64,000 nt of DNA from the NCBI GenBank assembly GCA_046563655.1, contig CM102290.1:6572001-6636000 (forward strand), in the 5' to 3' direction. The notes beneath the pieces are model-generated. The model had not been told where the DNA came from and made no database searches. It worked only from the letters and a program-made list of their open reading frames with translations. The position numbers were made by a program, and so were the translations under genes. Position 1 is the first letter of the stretch. Every line of letters starts with the position of its first letter. Below are positions 1 through 11,497 of the stretch, piece by piece. This stretch comes from Yuukianura sp. NJ FZ-2021. Its lineage: Eukaryota.

Positions 1-210
1 GTAGTTGAGTCAGTGAACTTGGTGGACCAACATTTGGAGCGTTGCCACATTGCATCGGAAGGGTCGGACGTACTAAAGATGTTCCAACCAATGGCGGTGG
101 GACCACGGGCACAACTGAACCTTCCTGAACTGCCGGCGTCGCTCCTTGAAGAAGAGTAACAGGACCAAAAGCAACAGCGTCCTCAATACGATCTGGACCA
201 CCTTCGCTTC

Positions 211-1310
211 TACCCGTCGGCACTACCCGAGACTATGGTACTTCTCAGATTACTAAAACAAAAAATTTACCAAAATTTAGTTAATAACAAATTAACTTAC
301 AATTTAAAAATTTTAAAATTACCTAGATCGAATGAGTCGTTCAAAGGCCGACTTAATTGCATTGAGCTCATGCTCATGCTTTCGGCTTAATTCGATGATC
401 CGATTCTCCCTGAAACAAATTCAATACTTAGTTAAATTGACCAACAAAACATAACAATCAAGTAAATATGAAGAATATCGTACTTGTAATTTTAACTGAC
501 CTGCTTATGATGGCATTCTCAAGATCTTGTTTTAACTTTCTTTCGATTATCTCACTGACGCGCACCCGTCCCTCCAACTCCCCTCTCAGTCTAGTAATTT
601 CAGCCAGTTGAGTTTCCCTAAAAAAAACTTTTAAAAAAAAATTATAATACATTTCAGAAATTTTTCTTGTGAAAAGTTGCAAAAATTGAATTTTAAAACT
701 TACGCATCCAATTTCCCTTTCAATTCCTCAACTCGTCTGCACGTAACCTGCATGGCACTTGTGACGGCATTCATGGCTTGGCTAAAAAAAAGTTTTTTTT
801 AGGAATAGGTTGATTTTAAAACGTTATGTATAAATGATTCAAAGATTTTACTTACCTCACAATCAAGTAATCACCCGCCCCATAATTCAGCATAACACGG
901 AATCCTCTGACCTCGTGTGCCTTGGAGAGAATTGCTGTCGCACACTGCGGGCTTGGAACTGGAAATGGACACGGAGTGCTGAAAAAAACATTTGATTCAA
1001 TTAACTAACCGTACTAGAGTGATAAACTTATATAAAAAATGTTAACCTTCTGCGCTGTTCCATAATGTTGACAATAGTTCCCACCGCAATGATTCTTTTC
1101 ATCAAGCATCTCCTAAACAAAAATATCGAATTAGTTTACCTTAAAACTAGAAAGTTATTTTTTTCAAAACATATTTCCAGAAACTCACCAGTGAAAAGCA
1201 TGGTAACATTCGGTTACCCACACTGATGCGTGTGCGCCGGAAACTTCGACAAAAGCTGGATTATTGTCAACAATTGAAAATTTACACAAACTACACGTAG
1301 CAATTGGCAT
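211..1310 (-). CDS. Spliced RING-H2 + coiled-coil protein, homolog of the Maverick gene at 19110-20479 (3' end uncertain)
   Basis: Manual splicing of exons 1310-1189, 1112-1047, 978-856, 781-704, 617-501, 410-324 and 253 onward, all GT-AG phase 2. Translation MPIATCSLC...TECYHAFHWRC...CPFPVPSPQC followed by heptad-rich exons. The last exon either stops at about 211 or is frameshifted. Confidence 0.75.
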
Positions 1311-2006
1311 CGTAACTTGTCTGTGCCTAAGCTTTCGTGTAATAGACATGTCCACACTGGAACTCAGCGTCTTTTAAACTTTCTAAAGAAGTTAAAAATT
1401 TGAAGATCATCAGCTTGAAAATCTAGGGGGTTTGTACAACCAAAGAAAAAGTTTCAGCCTAAATCCAAAAACTGATATCAATTTTCAATAAAAAGCTAAG
1501 TTTTCGTATGGAGATAATGGTGGGGAGTCCAGACTCATTAGGGCGGGGGAGCGTCATTTGTAGACTTTGTGTCTTAAACTCAATTTTTTTCAAGAAAAAT
1601 ATGTTACAAACGCTTTTTCAAAACCCAATGTGTTTTCTGTTTTTAGTGTTTTTAATATAGAGAAAATAACAGTTACTTAGATTTTTTAAAGAAAGAGCAA
1701 ATTTTCATTTTGGAATTCAATTCTTGAAGTACAAATGAATTCTGCAAAACTTTGAGCTAGGGGGCAGAGATTATTTGAATTAGTCGGTCGTTAATTAGTT
1801 TTGGGAGCATCAAAGCCTAGATCCATTCTTTTTCCGAATGTCAAATTTTTTCTGGAAAGGGAAGGGGGGGGGGGGCAAAAGATCATCGATGATTATTTAC
1901 AACTTTTGAAAAACTTTGTTAACATGTTTCTAAATGTTTCTAAACGTTGAGCGTTTCTTTTTGATTAAAAAATAATGCATTTTACTAATTCTCAAATCCG
2001 TTGAAC

Positions 2007-2729
2007 TAATTGCAGTGGTAACCTTCTACTTTTTGTGTCCTCTTGCTACCAAACCCTCTCCTAGCTTGGAAATCATCCAAATCTTCTACCTCCTGCAATT
2101 GCAATTTTCAAAATGTAGTGTGATATTTGAAGACACAAAATTACAAAAACAAACGTAATTACAGAATATTACATACCGCAGAAAGAATCCCATTTCCATT
2201 CTCCCGGGTTTCCAACCCATTCTCTTCATTATTTTTAGTACAACTTTACTAATACAGGCAGGACTAGAAAATTTTATTCAAATTAAAAATTAGTTCACAT
2301 TGACCTTGAAAAAGAATTTCAATTTTGAAAGAACATTTAAGTTTAGAATTATAGGAATAACTAACATGTTTAACACACTAAAAAAACTAAGCACAAATGA
2401 GTTGTAATTTGTGGCAGCTACACTGTCTTCCGATGCCTTAATGAAAACTGTGAAGTTTTTCTCCAAAAAATCATACACTTTGTGCCCCTTCGGGAAACGT
2501 TTTTCAAAATTTTCTAGATTAAAATTGTGACACACTGAAAAATTTTCCATTTTTTCAGGCTGAACTTTTGTTCTAGACACCCCCAGTTAGAAACTGATTT
2601 TACATTTCTATTTAGAACTGCAACTTTGTCTTCAGAACTGATTTGTGTAGACAAAGTAGCTACATAAAATAATTTTTTGCAAATCCATTGATCGAGTTTG
2701 CAAACATCAAAAAGTGTCAACTTTGACAT
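2007..2729 (-). pseudogene. Frameshifted spliced gene with a degenerate C-terminal G-patch-like motif
   Basis: Overlapping ORFs 2729-2514 and 2580-2290 join at a C run. Downstream exons read KIMKRMGWKPG, then after a frameshift ENGNGILSA, an intron, and EVEDLDDFQARRGFG, resembling the G-patch pattern MGWxxG...G...RxGLG. Confidence 0.4.
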
Positions 2730-3149
2730 TCTATGTCAAGTCGAGACAAAAGATTTATTGCTTTTCCCATTTGAAGGGAACCCCATTAATTTAATGTGGA
2801 GATTCTCTCACTTCTTCTCACAGTTCTCAAATCTCACACATCTAATACCAAGTCAAAAAAATCAGATCCAAACCATACATGTATTGTTTCATATACAAAA
2901 TAAATCGACATACGTCAGAACTTATTTCTAGTTTTTGAAAAAAGTCAAACATTGTATTTTCATCAATACATCTTTTTTCAAGAAACTTCTGTCATTTCAA
3001 TTGGAAAGGGTGGGGGGGGGGACAATTAGGGGTGTCATTTCATCTCATGAGCAAATCCTCTCTTCACATTTCTTGTGTGTAGAGTCTTCAGCTAGAGATT
3101 GTTTTGGTCCAAGTGGAGGGAGGGGGATGGGGAGTGGGGGTTGCATGTC

Positions 3150-3250
3150 AGTAGAATGGTAAGTTCCGCGAAGAACGTAAAACGTTCCGGATTCGTTTTG
3201 CGGAGGGAGTTGAGTCAGTTAGGAAGAATGCAAGGTTGAGGTCAAACGTT
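3150..3250 (+). repeat. Left TIR of Maverick 1 (101 bp)
   Basis: Reverse complement of 20938-21038 with one mismatch. Confidence 0.97.
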
Positions 3251-3508
3251 TGTCGTTCGATTGCAACTTGAGTTTTCCTCAGGAATGTAAGGTTAGCTCA
3301 AGGTCCTTAAGCCCGAATGCACAGGGTCCAAAGTCCGAACTGTTTTCAAAGACACAAGGACGGCAGTGAGTCATGCCCCACAGTGTGCAATCAGGAGTAC
3401 AAAGTCCAGGATCGTCATTTAAATTCTGAAAAAAGTCGACTCCAAATTACGTCATGTGCATGTATATATTTAGCAGTGCTTGCGTAGTGGCAAGTCATTC
3501 AAAAAAAG

Positions 3509-4328
3509 ATGGTAGTTCTCTTTACTTATGAAGGGAGATTAAAAACGTATCAGAACGGTCAGGTGAGATGGCCATTGAATTTTGTGACCCCGGAAGCGTG
3601 CTCGTGTGCGGGATTTTACTACCTTGGAGTAGATGACAAGGTGGGTAATTTTCAACCTTGAAAAAAAAAGTTTTTTTTTTAACAATTTGTTTTCTGAACA
3701 GGTAGCATGTCCTTATTGTCGAGGTGTTGTTGGTGAGTGGGTGGTTGGCGATGACCCGTTGTTAGAGCACCGGAAACATTTTCCGCGCTGTCCATACATT
3801 GTAGTCTTAGTAGGCCTGCTGTCCGGGGTTGGGTTCGTCATTGCTCCAGATGTAAGTGGGACAGCCGCGATGGGAATTGACGCCTTGACTAATGTAAACC
3901 CAGGAACCGGAATGCGCGGCGCCTTAAGTACTGATGTGACCGGATCTGGTATCCCCGCTAGCAACCCTGGAACGGCAGTAACTGATGTGGCCGGAGCAGC
4001 CGTGCCAGAAGCCGACAATCCTGGAGGGGTAAGAACCGAAGTGGTCGGAGCAGCAGGAGAAACCGACGTTGCCGGTGCCGGGACCGAACCCGTTTTAAGA
4101 GCGGCATCCTGCGCTTTGGCATACGACGTATATAATTTGACGGCTGTCAACGTTTCCAGCGACAATTCCGGAAATAGTCTTACCTGTAAGATTTGTTGGG
4201 ACAAAGAAGCCTGCGATGTATTCTTACCGTGTAAACATTTGATTGCTTGTGCTACATGTTCATTGTCAGTAAGAAATTGCGCAGTTTGTCGAGAACCTAT
4301 AATAATTAGATTGAAGGTGTTTACTTAG
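3509..4328 (+). CDS. iap: Inhibitor of apoptosis (single BIR + C-terminal RING), 2 exons, about 252 aa
   Basis: Exons 3509-3640 and 3702-4328 (61-nt GT-AG intron, phase 0). BIR: RLKTY..WP..AGFYYLGVDDKVACPYC...W..GDDPLLEHRKHFPRC. RING: CKIC...PCKHLIACATC...CAVCR. Confidence 0.92.
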
Positions 4329-4574
4329 TAGTCAAGTAGGGATATTTTGTGTTGAGTTTTCCAAGTCATCTCACAACCCAATTCATCTAGCGTTGAATTG
4401 AGTTGTGGGATGACTTTTGTTGCTGTGAGTTCGAATCTTACTTTGGTATATGAATAAAAAAAAATCGTCTGAAAAGAAAAGTGTTCATGCAACGTTTGGA
4501 TGACGTGTTTCTGAAATAGTATTTAATCAGCTAAACTTTTGAGTAATTAAGCATTCGTTGTCCAAGTTAAGAAC

Positions 4575-7500
4575 ATGGAAGGGTTCACGAAATTTAAGTG
4601 CGACAATTGTGGTGCCCGTTTTGATTCGCAAGATTCTTATTGGGATCACGCGTTTGAACTTCATGTTTACGACCTCCGCATACCACGTCAAGGTATTTTT
4701 TTTCAATAAGAATCATTCGAGTAGGGTATCTTATGAGGTTATGTAACTTTGGCTAGAGTGGGAGCCCTTGGACGATCAGGTGCCGGGTCCAAGTCGTGCC
4801 AGGGTAGCAACCAGTGAGGAATCTGGAGCGATGAATTTGGAAAGTTCAGTACAACCAACTGTTGATGCAATTTTGGAAGGGCTGCTTGATTATGAAGGTA
4901 GTAACAATAGATTTGGAAACGACTGTGTGGTCGTGAAAAAAAAAAGAAAAGAAAAAAAAAGATTTTTTTTGTAGAAGAATTGTCAGAGACTCAGCATTCG
5001 GCCATAAATTCAGACTTGTCAAACTATCGCGAGAGATTCTGTTCCCACTGCGCCATCAAGTTTGAGAACGCAAGTGAGTTGGACTACCATCGCTTTGAGT
5101 TTCATCGCCAACTCTACACTGATCAAATGGAAGGTCAACAGTGGGGTGGAACTGAAAGTCGACTTGAGATTCGAGAAGTTCAGAGGGCTGGACGTCGTCG
5201 GCAAGGCGGTGATGCTGGTATTGTAAGAGAATTCGAAGTCGATTTGACTCAACAACTCTTCGCAGACGTGACTGGTGTAATGCGAAGCACAGCTAACGCA
5301 GTGACAATCTTGTTGGAGGGACTTGTCCAAGAGTTTCGGGGCATGAAGTTGATTGGGACTTTGATGGCAGAGATGACAAGAATGTCTAGGGACCGACCAG
5401 GTGAAGCCGAGGTCGAACGGTTTCCGTTCAACAGTTTTCTGCATGGGTGTTTTCATCAGAGTATGATTCAAACTATTCTGAGGCAAATGTACTCTAAAAT
5501 GCGGTTGTCTTTGGAATCTTTCATTCACCATGGTTCTGGGTGGAAATTGAAGCGATTCTTGCTACTTCAACTGAGAGTTTTTGAGTTTAGAATGGACCGT
5601 GGGTCGAGTTGGATTCCGACTCCAAAGGTGATTCGAGACAAACGGTGCATCATAAACATTCGGAACAATGACGAATTCTGCTTCAAGTACGCCATCATGG
5701 CAGAACTCAACCCACTTTACAAAAACCCGAACATTGACTGGTACGCCTTTACCAATCCTAAGAACTATCAGGGAAATTGTGACCAGATTGACTGGGACTG
5801 TGTAAATTTTCCGATGACAATTGGACAACTTGACAAGTTCCACCACTTCAACCCACAGATTGCAGTTAATGTGTTTGGTTACGAATCGCGCGACGAACTT
5901 GCTCCAAGTGTGAAAGGCAAAAAGAAAATTGATATTTTTCCTCTCTATATCTGTAGAGAAGCAAGAGCAAGAAGTGTTGATTTGTTGTTACTAATCGATG
6001 GAAACAATTCTCATTACACACTGCTGCGTCAAAGTGATTATAACCCCACAGAGGGCTTGTCTCGATTGCTCGGAAAAGCTGAACGTGATTATGAAAAGTT
6101 TGTGTGTCGCTTCTGTATGTGTTTCTCGAAAAGTGAAATCAAATTGCAAAATCACCAAAAGTTTTGTGCGTCCTTGGACCTACAACGCGTCGTTTTACCA
6201 ACCGCGAAAACGTTCACGTCAGACTTCATTGTGCAACGGCTTCCAGTGCCGTACGTCATTTATTTAGATTTTGAGGCACTTTTGGTACCAAGAGACGGAA
6301 TTGGTACTCGGCAAATCGGTGACGTTTATAATGAACATTTTGACTGTGGGTGGTCAATGAGTATAGTTGGACCGGACGGTTATCTTGCGGACCGCGTTGT
6401 GACATTTTGTGGTCCGAATGCTGCATTGAAGTTGATTGACGAGCTTGTGTCGGTTGCAGCAAAGATATATCCAATTTTGAAAACCGATGTAGGCCTTGAC
6501 CCACGATGGACCGAATCCGACTATGCTCGTCTCCTGTTAGCATCAACTCACTGTATTCATTGTGGTTTAGAATTTGTGGAAGGAGTTGACACAAAGTGCA
6601 TTGACCATTGCCATATTACATCAGCGATTCGTGGAGTGAGTTGCGGTCCATGTAACTTGAAGGCACAAGTGTGCTCATTTATTCCAGTTGTGTGTCATGG
6701 TTTTCGACATTATGATTCAAAATTTATTGTGCAAGCATTGCGTGCTACTACAATTAAATCTGTTGAAGTGCTCGCAAGCAACAGCATCGAAAAGTTTACT
6801 TCGCTTCGATTGACAACCCATGGAGATCATGTTTTGCGAATGATTGATTCGTATCAGTTTATTAGTGCAAGCTTAGCAGAGCAAGTAAAAATGCTTGCCA
6901 GGGAGGGAAAGCACAAGTTTCCTGTGACATGTCGTCATTTTGAAAAGTACGGAAGTAAAATCGATTTACTTTTGAGAAAAGGCGTTTACCCCTACAGTTA
7001 TTTTGACTCTATGGAACGATTTGAGGAAACGTGTTTGCCACCTGCCGACAAATGGAAAAGCGATTTGACTGGGAAATCCATAAGTGCTGAAGACTTGGAG
7101 CATGCGCATACAGTTTGGAGGGAATTTGGCTGTGAAACATTGAGAGATTATCACAACTTGTACGTTTCTCTTGATGTCTGCCTTCTTGCGGATTGTTTCC
7201 AGAATATGAGAAGAAGTATGCTCGAGAGTTTCCGTTTGGACCCTGCTCATTATCTCACACTTCCGGGAATAGCATACGACGCTGCAATGTTGGCCGGAAA
7301 AGTGGAGTACGAGTATTTGGACGAGATTGACAAATACATGTTTTTTGAACGCGGAATTCGGGGTGGAATTTGTTCCGTCGGACTACGTTACGCAAAAGCA
7401 AATAACCCTTACTTGGGTGATTTGTATGACCCAACTATTCCATTGAGTTACATTTGTTACTTGGATGCAAACGCCCTGTATGCAACTTGTTTGAGGAACT

Positions 7501-8837
7501 ATGTACCGTGGAAAGATTTTGTTTGGGAAAAGTCACTGGAAAACAGAATAAGCAATTTGGATTGTGTGGTGAAAATGATCATGGAAATGGAAGATTGTGG
7601 GCCAAAGGGCCTAGTTTTGGAGGTGGACTTGAATTACCCAGCAGAATTACATGATTCTCACAATGACTACCCATTAGCTGTGCAACGAACTGAAGTAACA
7701 TACGACTGGTTGTCAGACTACACAAAAGAAGTTTTGAAAAACGTTGGAGCCACACCTGGATCGTGTAAAAAGACAAAACTTCTGGGAACATTGTGCAACA
7801 AGAAAAACTATGTTGTTCATTACCGACTTTTGAAGTTATTTTTGGATTTGGGTTTGAAACTCGTGAAGGTTCACAGAGCTATTCGGTTTACTCAAGGTCC
7901 ATTGTTTCGTGTATACACCGACATTTGTATAACACGACGTCGGCAAGCAACGAATCCAGTGGACAAGAATTTTTACAAGGCTATGGGAAATATTTTGGCT
8001 GGAAAAGTTTACCAGAACGTCCGAAAATATAGACGGATCAACATTGCATTATCAATGGAGAAGATGCGAGAATATGCCCGAAAGCCAACCGTTGATGACG
8101 TCAAAATCATTCATGATGAGTGTGTTTTGTTTGTGATGAAAAAGTTGGCTGCTAGGCTAGACAAACCGATATTTGTAGGGCAGTGCATTTTGGATGATTC
8201 CAAATGTAGAATGTACAGCTTTTATTACAAATGGTTGAAGCCGCGATATGGAGACAACATGAGGCTGATGTATACCGATACGGACAGTTTCTTGCTTCAC
8301 ATCAAAACGGAGGACTTATATGCCGATTTTGCTGAAAGTGTAAGGAGCAATGAAGGAGTTTTTGATACATCCAAGTATGATCGAGAAAATGAAAAATTTG
8401 GACAATTGTGGAGTGACCAATTTGAAGGGGTTGGTGGGTGTTTTAAAGATGAATGCGCCAATGAGGTAATTTTGGAAGCAGTTGCATTGAAGCCAAAGAT
8501 GTATGCAATAAAGATGTTGCGAGAGGATGGGACCCAAGCTCAACTGAAGAAGGCCAAAGGGACTGTTCGCTCAGTGGTAGAGAATGAATTGGATTTTGAA
8601 GATTACAAAAAAGTTTTGGAAGAAGGGCGATTCAAGTCTTGCAGTATGAATATAATTAGAAGTTTAAATCATCGTTTGTATACAACTACAATGTACAAAA
8701 AAAGTTTGTCAGCTTATGAAGATAAGAGTTTTTATTTGTCACCAATTGATTCATTAAGATTTGGTCATTATAGAATTGAGGTAGAAAAGAATTTGCATCA
8801 AATTGTAGACGGATTGGAAGAAGATGATGATGAATAA
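4575..8837 (+). CDS. polB: Protein-primed family B DNA polymerase with two N-terminal C2H2 fingers and an endonuclease VII-like insert, 3 exons, about 1373 aa
   Basis: Exons 4575-4692, 4757-4897 and 4975-8837 splice in frame. Exonuclease motifs YLDFE, HGFRHYD, DSY; polymerase motifs YLDANALYA, KAMGNILAGK, YTDTDS; CxxC...DHCH...RG..CxxCN insert. Confidence 0.96.
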
Positions 8838-8895
8838 AGCCAACTAGATTAATTGTCCGCGCAGTTAGTAGTTGTTTGGTGTTTGATTTGTCAAG

Positions 8896-9555
8896 ATGGA
8901 AATTCAATGTTCTTTGCAGCATCCGTTTGTGATGGTTTTGGCGGGACCTACACAAAGTGGAAAAAGTACTTTGATCAAAAACATTTTGGAACGTATCGAA
9001 GAAGTTGTTGAGCCGAAAGTCAAGCGTGTAGTCTATTGTTATGCAGAAGATGAGCCGGACTTTGCAAAACGATTAAGAGAAATTAATAGTGCAAAAGATA
9101 TTGAAATTGATTTTTGCCAAGGCATGGATCAAATTGACGTTGACGTTGGAAACAAGAAGCCAACACTTGTTGTGCTGGATGACTTTATGGAAGACATTGG
9201 ATCATCATTGGATATTTGTAAAATGGTTACCCGCGGGTCTCATCACCGGTCACTCTCTCTGATGATTACGATTCAAAATTTTTTCTTCAAGGGATGTAGG
9301 AATTTGACTTTAAATGCAAAATATGTTGCGTTATTTCGAAATCCGAGAGATAAAACTATAATAAAATATCTGGGACGACAAATGAATGGCGGAAAATCAA
9401 ATTCAACACTAGAAGAAGCATTTGAAGACGCCACAAAGAATAAGCCAAATAGTTACTTGTTTTTAGATATGTCTCAAAGTCAAAATGATGACTTTCGAAT
9501 TAGGTCAAATGTATTTGCAGATCCAGACTCTTGTGTAGTTTATTTAAAAAAGTAA
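8896..9555 (+). CDS. Genome-packaging ATPase (A32/FtsK-like Maverick ATPase)
   Basis: Walker A GPTQSGKS, Walker B VVLDD, followed by HHRSLSLMITIQN and FRNPRD motifs typical of Maverick ATPases. Confidence 0.93.
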   Translation: MEIQCSLQHPFVMVLAGPTQSGKSTLIKNILERIEEVVEPKVKRVVYCYAEDEPDFAKRLREINSAKDIEIDFCQGMDQIDVDVGNKKPTLVVLDDFMEDIGSSLDICKMVTRGSHHRSLSLMITIQNFFFKGCRNLTLNAKYVALFRNPRDKTIIKYLGRQMNGGKSNSTLEEAFEDATKNKPNSYLFLDMSQSQNDDFRIRSNVFADPDSCVVYLKK

Positions 9556-9561
9556 TTTACC

Positions 9562-10059
9562 TTAGTTCCGTTTTAATTTTGAAAGTCCTTCGGTGAGACA
9601 CTCAAATAAATGAATTGGAATAACGACACCAGATCCAGCATCATAAACATTTTTGATATGTAAATGTGTCAGAGGTCCTTGGTCGTTTCCTTGTTCGTTG
9701 CCAATGTAGAGCTGCCAACCATCCTCCAAATTAACTCGTGGTGGTGGATGCGGTTTAGGAAACTCTTGACGAACTTCAACAACCATTGCCAGAGATGTAA
9801 CTTTGCGAGGTAGTTTGGGTATTCGAACTCGTTTGCGTTGTTTTTTCTCTTGGGTAGTTTCCGTGAGAAGATTTGGATTTAGGTTAAGAAAATCTTGAAT
9901 TGGAGATTCCATTTCGATTGCCTGAGAGGGTTCCGAGGTTTTGTTGAGGTTACAGTTACAAGAAAATGTTTCACAAACAGTAATTGTAGTAGTTGAATTT
10001 TTTTTGAAGCAAAAATTTGAAAAAGAACGCCACAGAGAGCAAATTTGACACGAGCTCAT
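9562..10059 (-). CDS. Hypothetical Maverick protein; C-terminus loosely PC4-like
   Basis: 165-aa ORF packed between ATPase and integrase. The C-terminal strand-strand-helix pattern (LYIG...THLHIKN...GVVIPIHLFECL) resembles PC4 by eye only. Confidence 0.55.
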   Translation of the reverse strand: MSSCQICSLWRSFSNFCFKKNSTTTITVCETFSCNCNLNKTSEPSQAIEMESPIQDFLNLNPNLLTETTQEKKQRKRVRIPKLPRKVTSLAMVVEVRQEFPKPHPPPRVNLEDGWQLYIGNEQGNDQGPLTHLHIKNVYDAGSGVVIPIHLFECLTEGLSKLKRN

Positions 10060-10071
10060 GTCACGGCAAAG

Positions 10072-11034
10072 TTAAACTGAAGACTGAGGAACGCGTTGCA
10101 GCTCCTCGTTGTAAAATATTCCAAATATGTCTTCACCTTTGCCGTCTTTTAACTTGTAAGTGACAGGGACGGTGTTGCAAACTTCAACAATTTGAAAAAT
10201 TTCTTTTGTCCAACTTTGGGCGTATCCCTTTTCAAAAAGTGTTTTATTTTTACTAAGTAGTACGGAGTCTCCAACATTGAAGGTAGCACGTTTCCGTTTT
10301 GGTCGGTTTTGTTTTGGTGAGTGTCCGTACAAGTTTAGAAATACTTGAGTTTTTGTGTCGTCATTGACTTGGTTTGGTGTACATTTGATGGAGCGATGGT
10401 AGGTGTTGTTGTATGAATTTACAATATTTTGCAAAACATCTAAAAATTTTGTTGTCTGATTGTGTGTCATATATCTCGCCAACCTTCTCATTAATGTTTG
10501 GTTAAATCTTTCAACAATTACTGCTTTCAGTTCTGATCTAGTACTAAAGGATAGAACAGAGTGTTGTTTTAAAAGTTGTTTAACATTTCGATTTAAAAAT
10601 TCTTTCCCTTCGTCAAATTGAATTGACTTTGGAGTGCCTCTTTTCTTAAAAATTTTTTGTAAAGCGTTTGCTACTTGAGTCTCAGTTTTATTTTTTAAAG
10701 GGATGACGTCAGCGACTTTTGAGAAACCGTCAATACAAGTCAACAAGAACTTATGATTCGTATTTGCTTCGGAATACTTTGAAATATCGATTAGATCAAT
10801 TATATACTGATATCTTATGGACGGTATAAAAACTTGTCGTCTGTTGTAGTGTTTCCGAGCCGGTTTGTGAAGAGTATAAGCTGGAATTTGTTCTAATGCT
10901 TTTAGTACATCAAGTTTTCTGACTCCACTCTTCTTTTGAACTTTAAAAGTGCCTTCTAATCCTGAAAATGCAAAACTTGAACGAGGATTGACGTAGTCTT
11001 TGCGTATTTTCTCTATCAAATGTTTTTGCTCCAT
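10072..11034 (-). CDS. int: Retroviral-like (rve) DDE integrase
   Basis: IDLID, CIDGFSK, QFDEGKEF and VERFNQTL catalytic motifs; YNNTYHRSIKCTP and FEKGY..WTKEIF typical of Maverick integrases. No chromodomain visible. Confidence 0.95.
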   Translation of the reverse strand: MEQKHLIEKIRKDYVNPRSSFAFSGLEGTFKVQKKSGVRKLDVLKALEQIPAYTLHKPARKHYNRRQVFIPSIRYQYIIDLIDISKYSEANTNHKFLLTCIDGFSKVADVIPLKNKTETQVANALQKIFKKRGTPKSIQFDEGKEFLNRNVKQLLKQHSVLSFSTRSELKAVIVERFNQTLMRRLARYMTHNQTTKFLDVLQNIVNSYNNTYHRSIKCTPNQVNDDTKTQVFLNLYGHSPKQNRPKRKRATFNVGDSVLLSKNKTLFEKGYAQSWTKEIFQIVEVCNTVPVTYKLKDGKGEDIFGIFYNEELQRVPQSSV

Positions 11035-11161
11035 TGTACAAATGAAATCTGACCCTAGAATTTGAAAATGCCAAACTTTTTATAGGAGAGGTATACACAA
11101 TGGAATTAGTCATTTGAAGTTTCAACATGAAACGGGTCACACGCATAACCTGCACTCAACC

Positions 11162-11497
11162 ATGTCTACAACTGTGAAAGAAAATTCAGATTTTTTGAGA
11201 TATTTAATCAAGTGTTCACCACAGCAAAGAAAAGCTTTAATTAAATATGCTAGTAGTGGTGAAGTCAAAAGTATTTGTGAATGTGTTTTGAATATATATA
11301 AAAAAAATGTTGGACTAAAAAAGTCTACAGTTGAAAAGTTGCGTCCATTCAAAAGAACAATACTTTCAATTGTCAAGAAGAAACGCTCATCGTTGGCAAA
11401 AAAGAAAAAACTTTTGTCTCAAAGGGGTGGTGCAATAATTCCATTGCTATTAGGATCCATGATCCCAAGTGTTTTATCAGCCATTTTTCAAAAATGA
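11162..11497 (+). CDS. Small basic conserved Maverick/adintovirus virion-type protein
   Basis: ICECVLNI..NV.L motif, Lys-rich middle, QRGG motif, then amphipathic tail AIIPLLLGSMIPSVLSAIF. Confidence 0.75.
   Translation: MSTTVKENSDFLRYLIKCSPQQRKALIKYASSGEVKSICECVLNIYKKNVGLKKSTVEKLRPFKRTILSIVKKKRSSLAKKKKLLSQRGGAIIPLLLGSMIPSVLSAIFQK

Noticed and set aside
3713..4204. Antisense Pro/Thr/Ala-rich ORF opposite the IAP gene
   Set aside because: Shadow of the GC-rich IAP linker; the same applies to the many short antisense ORFs within both polB genes and the BEL pol.
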